Shown piece by piece: positions 24,726-37,609 of a stretch of DNA of 64,000 bases (within the stretch, counting starts at the first letter, position 1; the number at the start of each line of letters is the position of its first letter). Source of the stretch: Antedon mediterranea (Eukaryota > Animalia > Echinodermata); contig NC_092675.1 in NCBI RefSeq assembly GCF_964355755.1, positions 11,651,812 to 11,715,811 of the forward strand. Reading direction: 5' to 3'. A program made the translations under genes and the position numbers. The notes beneath the pieces are model-generated. The model did no database searches and was not told the origin of the DNA. It saw only the letters and a list, made by a program, of their open reading frames with translations.

Positions 24726-25404
24726 TCTTGAACCTTGTTGAGTGAGAGTAGAAGCCACTTCTTTAGGAAGTATATCATGAACAGTGCATGTTACTTGTTT
24801 TTACTATCAGTGGGTGATAATGAAAAAGAAACAAATTCAGGAATATACTATTTGGTGTAAGTGTAGATCCCTTAAATACAATGCAATATAATAATTATTT
24901 TTCTTTTGTATATGTATATTACAGTATATCGGAACAGATAAATGCTGAAATTTAATTGAGGCTACATTTTCTGTTAACGAGGCAAAAAGAATGTTTTAAC
25001 AAGGCATTCAAACCATGGATGCTGTGTTTCCCAAAAAGATAAAGGTTTCATACAAGTTTGGCTATTTGGCTTGCTTTAAAACAAACACCTAGTTTGGGGA
25101 GAAGGGAATGTGTACAATTTTGGTACAATCCTCATGCCTTTTGCAATACTACTTGTTAGCACCTACACTCATCTATGCCAACGTAACAAACAACATTGTG
25201 AATACATTTTTGTTTGATTTCAATATACTCTGTAGTCACGGTATCAGTGAAGAAAGCAGTAAAAAAACACTTAGCAAGTCACAGTCAATCAAAGGAGAGT
25301 AAACACGTTCCTAGCTTGGCAAGTTGAGAATAGTGTCCTGGTTGATTCCCGTTGTTGGATTACCTTGGTTTCAATAACACGTCAGTGTTCTGTTACTATT
25401 GCAG

Positions 25405-25578
25405 GTTTGGCTTGGTGGCAGGTAAAACGACAGAATGTAGCATGTTTACTCTTCACATACCACACATTCAGTCACGAAAATCTCAACCCAGTTACATAAC
25501 AAAGTGGGACACAACAAAGTTCATTCCACAACTATCTGTTTCAACAGGTCAAGATATTCTTTCTTGTATTGCTGTTAG
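25405..25578 (+). CDS. PREB: PREB/Sec12 coding exon
   Basis: cag| FGLVAGKTTECSMFTLHIPHIQSRKSQPSYITKWDTTKFIPQLSVSTGQDILSCIAV(S) |gtaag. Confidence 0.92.
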
Positions 25579-27105
25579 GTAAGTTAAAATTAACTAGCTA
25601 TTTCTTCTATTTCAGGAAATACCACTACTCAGAGGCGCATCCAGTGGGGGTTCACGGGGGTCCTGACCCTCTATTTTGTTATGAAAACATCACGAATCGT
25701 CCCTATCGTAATTTTGTCAATAGAAACAAACAATGTATCGATGCAAAGTGCCGTATTGCATAATCACAAGTGGGAACAGTCGACGCAACAGTGCTGCAAA
25801 CATCGCTACAACGAAAGAACAGAGGAAAACATATAAGTATGTCGGGGTGAACAAGGTCAAAGTCTACGGCAACTGACGTTGACAAGCAAACCGAGCAGGT
25901 TTGATTTAACCTACGCACTTGGTTCCCACTGGAGAAGTAACGCGCGGCGAGGACGTAGACCCAACACAAGCGAGTTGACACATAATTAATCGCTTGTGAA
26001 TGGTCAAGTTGTTTACGTCTTTGCGTTTACGTTGCATAGGTAGCGTAGCTAGTGGGAAAACGACATTTACTGTATGGTGGGCCGGGAATCAATTCCTTTT
26101 GATTTACACACACTGGAGGCGTTCGGGGTATGCGGGGAGAATCGGGTCAAAGTCTATGGCCGGAAACTGATTTTGGGTTTGCAACTCTCTTAAACAAGCC
26201 CAAAAAAAAATAAATAAATGTGGTTGTATGTTTGCCAAGAATAAGTATTTTAATAAAAATGAGTTATTTTTTGTTGAAGTGTATATAGTGTTAACATTTG
26301 TCATATTTGTGCGCGCGTAAACTGATTCAAATGATATTGCTCTGTATACTCCTTTGGTTTCTATTTTTAATTCTGATATCCCATTTCTGCCTCCTTTGAT
26401 ACACAGATGGGAACATTTTAATTTAGATTAAATACTGTATCTCTATTGAAATTTGTAAGGCATAGTGTTTTATGTATACCATAATTGTACCCTCTTCATT
26501 TTTTCTAAATAACAGTGAAAACATGGACTCTTTCCCACCTCTCGAAATCAAATTGCCTCACAAACGCTTAATCATATGATTGATGAAGTGTGTACCAGTG
26601 ACATGGAAATATATAGTGTAAAAAGAAATTATGGGAAGACAGGCGTAGGAAATAATTAAGAAAAAGAAATAATCATCTGCCATTAGAGCAATGAATGTTA
26701 GAGAATGATGTGTCTTGGTTTTTGTACTTTTCTGTTTATTGTTAAATATAATGTATTTTTTTTATTGTATTTTGTACTTAAGTATAATAGATGTTATATT
26801 TTGTCATGTTGAAGAGAGCTCGTGGATATCAGTTGACCTGAGGATTCAGCTGGAAGAACCTCTTTAAAGAAATTGCAAAGAAATAAATATATTTACTGTA
26901 TTTTAAGATTCACTTAAAGACTCTTATTTTAATTCGATATGTGCTGAAAATGATGAATATTTAAAGTGAGAAAAGTGCTTTAGATTCAGATAAAAATGTA
27001 GTTGTAATTGTATAGTTTGTATGGAAATTACCAAAAGATCGGTGTTGGATATATTGGGTATTGGGTATACTGCATCAAAATCTAAAATGTATTTTTCATT
27101 CTTAG

Positions 27106-27178
27106 CCACGGAGGTCATTATGTTGGAGTTGGAACAATGACAGGATCAATTGCAGTATATGTAGCCTTTAGTTTAAAG
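27106..27178 (+). CDS. PREB: PREB/Sec12 coding exon
   Basis: tag| HGGHYVGVGTMTGSIAVYVAFSLK |gtatg, like PREB [22 protein letters not shown]. Confidence 0.93.
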
Positions 27179-27275
27179 GTATGTTTTAATTTCTTAACTA
27201 TATAAAGGGAAATGAAACGATTAAAATAGTTTAACTACCGTATTTGTACGAATAAACACCCCATTTATTTTACAG

Positions 27276-27435
27276 AAATTGCATGCAGTTAATAGTGTAC
27301 ACAGTATATTTGTAACTGGTCTATCATTTGTTCCAATTACGAAAAGGACACGTAAAATTCTTGGAGAATTAGATGCTGCTCTCTTAAGTGTATCTCCTGA
27401 TAAGTCAATGAAAATAACACCGGTATTTAGTCCAA
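27276..27435 (+). CDS. PREB: PREB/Sec12 coding exon
   Basis: cag| KLHAVNSVHSIFVTGLSFVPITKRTRKILGELDAALLSVSPDKSMKITPVFSP |gtaag, like PREB AHGIVVTDVAF...ALFSVAVD. Confidence 0.93.
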
Positions 27436-28066
27436 GTAAGTTTAGTAGATCAATAATAAGAACTTTTCAATTCAAACGTTTAATTAAGTGGACATTTTTC
27501 ATGTGCCAGTATGATGTAAAGACCTTGTAATCCCTAGTGCACAAGGTGTTATTACACTGTTTTGGCCTGGCCTAGATCCTTAATTTTAAGACCCACACCA
27601 TAACCTGTAGTATTAAATGCTTTCTTTAAAATAACCACTGAAAATTCACAGTTTGTAAATATAATTTAATGCCTTTTACTACATTCCTTAAAAAATTATC
27701 GCAAGATTCTCTTTCATGATTTTGCAATGTAATTATTATGTCCACTAGTACTCGTTCATAGAGAAAACAGCAAAATGCCACTAAACAAGTTTTTAAATTT
27801 GGCAGTTGCGCATGAGCATATCACCAGAATGATATACAGTAGGGTATAATACGGTATCAGTCGACATAGCGCAAATAGAAAAGTCCCAAGTAATGATTCA
27901 GTTTACAATTGATTTTATTTTGGCAAACTAAATACTCTAATACAACATCCCTAGTACACATACAGTATATCCTATGTAGTGTTTGTAATTCAGAACAAAT
28001 TTAAAAATGTGGAGTGTTGTTCTTGTATGTTCATATAAATGGCAAGCCTTGTCGTATACATCCACC

Positions 28067-29002
28067 CATGGAAGTATAAAAATAGGAGAGAGCTCCAAAG
28101 ACAAGCCTTTGTAATTACGTAGCCCGCCACCTCCCCATATAGCACAACACGTTACACAATGTTAATTGCATCTTACGCGCAGTGTGCCTCCGCATGGTCG
28201 CGTTCCGAGTCACTGCACATGGCTCCTGATATCGACGATGCGACGTCACATGCTTGTTTAATCTGCATGCAGAGGAGATAAAATGGCTGCTCATAGCAAG
28301 GATGATTATAATAATAGCCTAGATTATAATAACTATGATAGGACTACTCCAGCCCTAGCCTAAAACTATAGGCCTAGTCACAGTTTGTAATCGTATACCT
28401 CCCCGCATCCATTAAACAAACCCACGAAAATTTGTCTAATGTATTTCGTCAATATCTTTGGCCGGCAGCCCAACAACTAATGTAAGAATGTAAAGTAATA
28501 ACCAAAATAAACAAAATTACAGCTGTATGACGATGTATATTAATATTTTATAGTAAATCCAAAGGCAAATTACTGAAAAAATTACAATGCTGTGGGTATC
28601 AGTCAGTGGCTGGATCTCAATGGAGATACAAAAAAAAAAAATGAAATGCTAAATCAAAATTTTATAGTAAATATATATATTGCATAAACAGCAAGTAAAT
28701 TACAGTAACGACTATAAGGAAAAAATTTCCCTAAAATGTCATATGTAAACGTGTTATCAATATTTAGGGATTTTTAAGCGGGAAGCAAACATTTTGACAA
28801 ACAATAGTAGTATATGTGTTTGTTTGTGTATATTTAAGGCTCTCACCTCCTCTACGGTAGAGAGCTGACTAGAGGCGGCGGCTGACCTTGGTAATAAAGT
28901 CTGCGCTGTTGGCACAAGGCTTTGACTTTGAAAATACCATGGCGACATCCTGTTAACGCGCAACAATACATTCAAGCTCTCTCCTATTTTTATACCTCTA
29001 TG
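28067..29002. mobile_element. P-superfamily-like MITE
   Basis: 28-bp TIR CATGGAAGTATAAAAATAGGAGAGAGCT / AGCTCTCTCCTATTTTTATACCTCTATG; ~7-bp TSD atccacc/atccagc. Confidence 0.7.
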
Positions 29003-29120
29003 ATCCAGCCCTGTATAACAATTATTAGAGATTTTTTATTGAAGAGTTTGTGTGTTGGAGGGTTGTTGTTGCAAGATGAATATTTTTAAATTAACATTGT
29101 TTTATTTTTCTTGTTCATAG

Positions 29121-29212
29121 TTGAATACCCAGTCTGGCTGATGTTTATTGGGGCAGCTGTCATTATCGTCTGCATTTTCTTCTTTCTTGCTTATATGGGA
29201 TTTAATATTTGA
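29121..29212 (+). CDS. PREB: PREB/Sec12 last coding exon, C-terminal transmembrane helix and stop
   Basis: tag| (I)EYPVWLMFIGAAVIIVCIFFFLAYMGFNI*, like PREB SVPVWLLLLL; all nine exons join in frame (1197 nt). Confidence 0.92.
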
Positions 29213-30169
29213 ACAACCGACAACAGAGTGAATCTGTGAGGCATCAGTATTAATTTATAAAGTAGAGAAGATTGTATATTGCTAATTTATTTCTGAAATA
29301 CAATATGTTAAAGCTTTTGTAGAATAGTTGACATTGGACTATAATGATAATATTCCTTTCATTTGCACAGCTGGTTCTGAGTGTAGTAGGACTTTGCTCT
29401 ACAAAGGATATTTAGATATGTGCCTTAGAATTGATTGGCGTGTTCTTATCCTGAATTAGTTATCATAAGCAAATATCTAAATATACTGTATTTTGCAGAG
29501 ATCTTATAGCAAAAAAGTAATAATAATCAGGTTATAACAATTTAAATTTTAAATCGAGAAGTAAGAAACTCAAAACCTACGCTTGTATGATGTTGATGTT
29601 ATACTGTATGCACTTCAACACAGCCTCACGCCAACTTGATCTCAATTCAACCCGACCTCAATCAAACCCGAGTTAGTTTAGGGGCAAGTTGGATTGAATT
29701 CTTATTTATGCATTTTATTTAATTTTAATTCAATCATGGTTAAAAAAAATTGACAATTTAAATGATGTTTAGCATCAGACCACTTTTATTTGTTTTCCTC
29801 TTTGTACAGAGAACTTATTTTGAAAAAATCTATAAACTATTTAAACAAATTAATATTGTAATTGAGGTTTCAACAATGGCTATTGGAAATTACTGATCGA
29901 TTCAGCAGCAGTTTTTATTAGATAGTTAAATTAAGGTGTGATTAAAAGAAAAAAATAAATAACTGACTTCTGGCCATGTGTCATTATGTAGGATTTACTA
30001 GTCAGGTTCCTCATGTATGAAAATAGGGCTTCCGTAGGATTTTAATGCCCAAAGTGAGATTTCACTTGATTTTACTTTATTATGGTTCTAGGATACCAAA
30101 AATGCTAGGTAACACATTTTCACGATCCTGTAACCATGGTAACTGCCCCAAGTTCAAAATGGCGACCAA

Positions 30170-31112
30170 ATGGCCATATCTCCATAACCCTTTGGTTATT
30201 GGTATCAAAATACTCGGAATAAATATATTTATATTCGTTGTATTTGAACATTTTTACTCAATGCAACCGGAAATGCTATTTTCTGTACTATTGACCCTTG
30301 ACCTTGACTCGTACTGTATCTTAAAAACGGCTGGTCTTAAAAATTTAAAAATGGTCTTAAATTGCTCAGACCATATATATTTATATTTATTGTAATGCAA
30401 TATTTTGTTAAAAAATGTCCGGAAGCAAAGTTATTGATCTTTGACATAGAGAATAGCTTACAAGGATTTTTATTCAGTAGTCTCTGGTCATATCTCCATA
30501 ACCCTTTGGTATATTGACAAGATATGTGTATCAAAATACTCGGAATAAATATATTAATATTCGTTCTAATAGACCATTTTAACTAAATGTAACCGGAAAT
30601 GCTATTTTTCTTTACTAGTGACCCTTGACCTTGACTCACACTGTATCTAAAAAACGGCTGGTCATGGAAATTTAAAAATGGTCTTAAATTGCTCAGACCA
30701 TATATATTTATATTTATTGTAATGCAATATTTTGTTAAAAAATGTCCGGAAGCAAAGTTATTGATCTTTGACATAGAGAATAGCTTACAAGGATTTTTAT
30801 TCAGTAGTCTCTGGTCATATCTCCATAACCCTTTGGTATATTGACAAGATATGTGTATCAAAATACTCGGAATAAATATATTAATATTCGTTCTAATAGA
30901 CCATTTTAACTAAATGTAACCGGAAATGCTATTTTTCTTTACTAGTGACCCTTGACCTTGACTCACACTGTATCTAAAAAACGGCTGGTCATGGAAATTT
31001 AAAAATGGTTTCAAATTGCTCAGACCATACATATTTATATATATTGTAATGCAATATTTTGTAAGAAAATGACCAGAAGTAAAGTTATTCACCATTGACA
31101 TAGAGAATAGCT
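30170..31112. repeat. 327-bp tandem repeat, ~2.9 copies
   Basis: Identical ORF starts at 30534 and 30861 (offset 327); near-identical copies. Confidence 0.9.
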
Positions 31113-31403
31113 ATTTACATTACTTACAAGGATGGATGGTCAGATGTTTTAGCCCTACTCTGACGTAATTTTCACTTTTACTAGGAATACATCATTAATA
31201 CTTAAGTAATGTGGGACTCCAACAACCTCCAGATCACTAGCCTGGCGTTCACTAGGATAATTATGTTATGCATTCAGTTCTTTTCTAAACTCACATTTTC
31301 AAATATTGTTTTCAATTGCCACTTTGAACTTCTATAAACGTATTAATTGAAGATTTCTGATTTGGCTAAAAGTAGTAAATGTCAGAGTGAGATTTGATGG
31401 TAA

Positions 31404-34400
31404 TTAGGTGATCATTTAGAATAAAATGATCACCTATTGTTATTGTATGAAATCTTTATTTTTAGGTGATCATTTAGAATAAAATGATCACCTATTGTTA
31501 TTGTATGAAATCTTTATTTTTTGGTTATCCGCAACGAAGTTGCAGGATAACCTCTTGTGATTGTAGGAAATCATCATCATCTTTTTTGTCATCTTCTTTC
31601 TTTCTGTATGATTTTTGTGTCACGCTTTTCTCTAAAACTTGCAAACATAACATTTTGTTAACTGTTAACATTTTGACATTTATGTAACGTCGTCAAACGA
31701 AGCTTTTCATGATGTTTACAACTGCGCAACGCGACGTACGCGCGATTTAACGATTTTCTCGTATTTAACACATGTCGAAAACCAAATAACATTTTAAAGT
31801 GAAACTTTGCAAAAGTTTAATTTATATCATGCGCTAACTGTCTGTTGAAAAAAAATTGCGTGTTTTACACAAAGTTACGCGCGAACGCGCATTTAAAATT
31901 TCAAAATGCGCAAAATTAATTTCTAATCAACTTTCTACGCGTTTCATGTCATTTTAAGCATGTCAAAAATTCCCACGCGTGCGCAAATGTTTACGTGTGC
32001 GGTGCGCACGTAGCATTAAAAACATTATTTTTTTCGCGTGATTTATGTTTTTCCAGCCTCTTCTAGTAATTTTATCAACTTTTAAACAATTTCGACTTAA
32101 AGTTACGTCATACGAGCACGTCGAATTGGACAATATGGGCGCGTTTTTGATGAAAAAGTTCAAAAATTCGTCAAAAATATGCCTTTTTTTAAACAGTCGT
32201 AATTTCTAAACTGCACGGTCAACTTTTTGTGGATGACATTTTCTGGAATTTGATGAGTTGTAGATATCGGATCATGTATTAATATGGCTAACCGGACATT
32301 GTGGCGTCATCGTGTGGCCACGCGAATATACAATTTAGGATTTTTGTATCTTTTGTCATAGCTCATCACATTTAATAGAACGCATCTCCACTTATTCGTT
32401 TTCCATTGTCTAGTTCAATCAACTATCTTTCGCATGAGTTAAAAATATTTTAATTTTTATGACGTCATCATGCCTAAAAATTGAAATTACGTGTGGCATT
32501 AATTTCATCTTTACAGTAAATTTTAAACTGTTATAGCTCGCAAGAATAAAATGTGATAATCACAATTAAAACGTTTTCCGGAAGCTATTGGATTGTAGAT
32601 ACGAAATCATGTAAACATTTTGCCAATCGGATGTTGTGACGTCATCATATGGTCAGTTAAATGAGAAAAGTCGAATTTTCATCTTTTGCATTTTAATATA
32701 ATTCAATACATTTAAAAGAGCGTGCATCAATATTTCACGTATTCAAATTTCTTCTACACACTAATATGTTGTTGCTGAGATAATATCCTTCCGAAATTGC
32801 TATCTCTGTATTTCATTTTGATGCCGTCGCCATGTTAAAATTTGGAATAAATTGCGGCTCCCTTAATTTCACCTAATCTACACTGTATGTAATATGTAAA
32901 CAGATTTTACTGTTTATACCGACTGTAATGGAATAGCCCAAATCGTTTATTTCCTACCTATTTCTATAATGTAGCAGGCCAAATAAGACGTTATTTTTAC
33001 AGGATAGAGGGCGGCAAACAATGTTTTTCTCGTATCAGAGCCGTTCATCGTTGTTAGGAGATATGTGATTTCTATTACATTTTCTGGTTTGTTTGTCAGT
33101 TGCTTGTCCGGCCTGTAGGTCATAATGCCAACGTGAACACTTTCTTTTGGCCTCAACCTATCCCCTTAATGTTAAAAGGTACGTCGTTAAACGTCCATGT
33201 TTCACCACTTGCGCGGCGGATAACCAAACTCGTCAAAGTGACGAGTTTCATGTCTAGTCTTTTTATTGTTTCTGTACACTATTTTGTGTAACAATTATCT
33301 TAAAAAGTTTAATGTCAATGATTACCAAAATTTCAGAATATCTTTCAAATAATATAACTGAATCCTAATAAGCTTTCCAGCATGATCACTCTTCCGTGAC
33401 GTCATTTATAATTTATTTATAAGCCATTTTGCGAAATCACATTATCAATCATATCTCCATAATTCATTATCACATATTAATGAAATTCACTACACGTAAA
33501 CTTCAGGTCAAGGGTAAAAATATTAGCAAATAAAAACGCACGCGCACGTAGGGTCATGCGCGTGAAATCGCGCGTTAAAAATTTAAAACGCTCAAAATTA
33601 AGTTTTGATCAATTTAGAGCATGAATTAGGCCATTTGCGTGTTTCAAAAAATTACTGCGCAAAAAAAAATTTTGCGCGCGCGATACTTAAAAAGCGTAAA
33701 AAATATGAATTTTTTTTTACAAATCTCATTTTACTCACCATCCTTAGTACATTCACCAAATTTGAGTCAGTTCCGACTTAAAATAACGCTATACGAGCAC
33801 GTTAAAAATGACAAAATGCGCACATTAATTTTACAAAAGTTCTGAAAATGGTGAAAAATAGGTCTTTTTTAAAATGAAAATAATTCTTCAGAATGCAAGA
33901 TGACCCCCGATTTTTTTAACTTATTCTGGAAGCCATTGAGTAGTAGATATGAATTCATGTACACATTTTACGTACAAAATGTTTTGACGTCATCAAATGG
34001 CCACTTGAATTTAAAAATTAGGATTTGTTATCTTTTTGTGTAGATTATCACATTCAACAGAGCGCATCTTGGTTATGTGTGCTCGAATTTCGCACAAATT
34101 TCAGTATGTGCTTGCTTAATTAATTATCTTTATCATGAGTTGACACTATTTTCATTTTAATGACGTCATCACGCGTAAAAACTTGAATAACGTAGGCCGT
34201 GTAATTTCACCTTCGCAGTAAATTTGAATATGTTACAGCTCTTCAGAATTGAAGGTTACCTTGATGATTATAATTTATTATGAAAGCTGATGAAATGTAG
34301 ATATTCATTCATATAAAAATTAAGCCTATCGGATGTTGTGACGTTAACATTTGGCCAGTTGAAGTGAAAAAGTAGTTTTTTCATATTTTTCGTCAAAGTT

Positions 34401-34745
34401 ATACACATATCAAAGAGCGCGCACAGCGCTTCTACGTGCCAATTTTTTTTCCAAATCTTATATTTTTTTGCCTCAATTAATTATCTTTCGAAATTGTCAT
34501 CTTAAAGTTTAGTTTGATAGCGTCATCATGCCAAAAAATTAGAACATGTGTCCCGTAATTTTCCCTATGCTACACTGTATATAGATATACAGTAATATAC
34601 TGTACATATTGTATATGGCATATAGGCACAACTCAGCACTATAAGCGTATAATAGGATGGCATACATCAACATTTTCCGATCGTATGTTAACGTACGTGC
34701 ATGTTTAAAAAAAATTAATTTCATTAAAATGATAAAAATGATCTG
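31404..34745 (+). mobile_element. HINE family 2 (5' end duplicated) with family 1 nested inside
   Basis: 5' taggtgatcattt-aga-ataaaatgatcaccta hairpin repeated twice (58-bp duplication); body 33270-34745 is colinear with 12620-15370. Confidence 0.7.
31519..33258 (+). mobile_element. complete Helentron-associated (HINE/DINE-1-like) element, family 1
   Basis: 5' subTIR ggttatccgc with nearby IR ggataacc, short microsatellite; 3' subTIR gcggataacc, hairpin aaactcgtca-aag-tgacgagttt, end CTAGT; inserted in a T-run. Confidence 0.8.
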
Positions 34746-37609
34746 CAGATTTGTTTTGCCCATGACTGGTTTTCATTTATATGCTCGTCTGATACATTGC
34801 TATCTAACACAACTGAACCAGCTTGGCTTGATGTAGATGACCCATTAACAGTGAATAAAAGATTGTAATTAATTTGAATGTAAAGAAAAAAAAAATCTGT
34901 ATTTAAATAGTGCTCTTTTTCTGGATCAGGCTCTAGAACAGAAGGAAAAGAGTTAAAATGTGTTGGTGATCTTGTTGGCATTACTTAAGAAGTCAAGAAA
35001 TATATATTAAACAGAGATAATAAAAAAAGGAGTTGAAGCTTTTTGAAGTTTGTGAGCAAAGTCTGGTTGTTGACTCCCTGAAATGAAAATGAAACTAAAA
35101 ACATTTAGTAGCTTGAACTTGAAGGAGATAAAATCATAAGATGCTGTAAACATCAAAAACCTCTTGGTCACTTCTAACAATCTCACTCCTTAAATTGGTT
35201 CGTTGGCTTGGCGATATGACTCACAAAATGGCATTGAAAGATTGCTTCTCATATCTCGAAACATCTAAGAAAAACCAAGGAACGTCTAACCACGTGAATA
35301 ACGTATGGCCCGCAGCAGTTTAATGTATATGAAGAGCAAGAAGAACAAGCATTAAAGGTACAAAAATTGAAGAATCAACCACTCTCACTCCTTGACTGTC
35401 TTAATGACAACGAGGATGCTGACACAATAATAGACCGGCAGCCCAGAGACATTTGGTTAGATGAGCTAGGTACCAATATCTGACTATTTGAGTGTGTTGG
35501 GGGTCACTTGAAGTCCATGAAAATGGGAGTCTGGCGGGTACCCCCTGCTGCGTCTAGACCGGGGGACCCCAAAACGTGCTGAAAAATCGGCCCAGGTTAG
35601 ATGAGAGAGATACCACCTAATTTTACCACCATGGGATGCCCATTGGCATCCTTATACCAGTATCACAAACGACAGACTTTTTCTCTGCTGCAAAAGGCCC
35701 GCCAGACCCCCTGAGGGAGGGCCTAAAATGGGGTTAGCATAGATGAGTGAGGTACCACTCAAAATTAATTCCAAATGAACAAGTTGTGTTCATACAATAC
35801 TATTGGATAACAACAGACTAATTGTCTGCTGCACCGCAAGTGCCAGACACCCTAAAGTTAGACTAGAGGCCCCCCTTCCCCCAACTAGCCCAGCTTAGAT
35901 ATTGTAGATACCACCAGCAACCAATGCTATATGATTTAGCACATTGTAAGCAATACCAAATGACCTATTACAGACTATCTGTACACTGCCTTGGCCCTGG
36001 CAGGAGTGTTGACAAAGTGCGAGGCACGCGAGGCATGCCAAATATTTGTGCGAGGCATCATTTTATCATTTCCAAAAGTGCGAGGCATGCGTGGCATATA
36101 GTTTACAATTTCAAAAAGGTGCGAGGCATATCTTAACGTGCTATTATGCTATATTATAGGCCTAATAATCAATCGATACAAGCGTATCTAAATAGATTCG
36201 TGTATACACTCATCATGTTGTTTATTTTATTTTACTCACATGTCTCTCGAACATAGCAATAATATTTTGTCACACCCCTGCGCCTAGATCCGGTAGACCC
36301 GAGAGATGGAAAATCCCTCTTTACTATTTAGCAGGTAGCGGAATGATTCAGCCCTCAGCTCAGAGGATTGTGGTGCATTCCCCTCCTATAGCACGTGGTT
36401 TCAGCAGCAACGCACAGACTTCTCTCTGAGCGGCGTGCCAAAGACATTTTTGACATTCCATTCTCTAGGAACAACACGTGTACCTCTCTCGCAAATAAGG
36501 TGAACAGCGATTGCCAGGACAAGTTCAATAACTGGCGGTGAATAAAAGGTAACTGATATGCCGATCCAATAACATGCCGCAAAGAAAAAAATTGCGACAG
36601 AATTCTGGAGCGCGTGTGAAAAAAGACTTGTAATACTAGGCCTAAAATTAAACTTTAGCTAATATGCTTAGCCCTAACCTAGATAAGAGGCCTATGTAGA
36701 AAATAATTTAATCAATTTTGATAAAATAATAATTGGTGTAATATTTAATAATGATACACTATTCCTGTTTTAGTAAGCTAGGTATATTACGAACGATTTT
36801 TATTTATTGTTGTCCATGTACGTACTAATAAACCTGGCGCTAGTTTCCTTCGCTTGTATTTTTACTCCAAATTTGATAATCATAACTAACTTTATCGTGT
36901 GAATACCACACCTTAGAAGTATACCTCATGAGTACTTTAATGAAAGAATCACATAAAAAGTAACAAATAAATCCTTAAATTAATGATTTTACAGGCGTGT
37001 TTCTCGCACACTGTTCGCGAATTTCACTTATTCAATGTTCAATATTTTTGTTTCTATGGAGCGCCAAAAGAGCAACAATAATATAGGACTAAAACTCAGT
37101 GGAATGCGTCAATTTCTCATGCATTTATTGGTGAAAAACACGTTTTATTTCAATATATTTGTTAATTGGTCAATAAAAATGTTGTAATATGTTACTGCTG
37201 ATACTGTTCTGTTTTCAAAGAATAATAATCGATCCTAAATCAACATCACTACCTAGTCTAGACCTAGGACATCCTACTAAGGATATTATGATGAATTTTT
37301 CTATTTTATTCTTTAAAAGGTTAACGAAACCGTGTACATTATCAACAGTAACATTTTTCCTTACTGACAGTGACAAAATCTATTGAAATTGTACTTGATT
37401 TTCACCAAATAATGCGTTAAATATAAATGGATTCCACAGAGTTTTTAGCCCTCTAATTAATTTTGCTCTTTTGGCGTTCCATAGAAACCAAAATATTGAA
37501 CATTGAGTGTGCGAAATGGAGTAAAGCGCAGGATTGGTCATTTTGGAGTTTTCAGAGCTTATACTTGTGTTGTAGCATACAGGTTTTTTTTGCTGTTTGT
37601 TGCTTTAAC

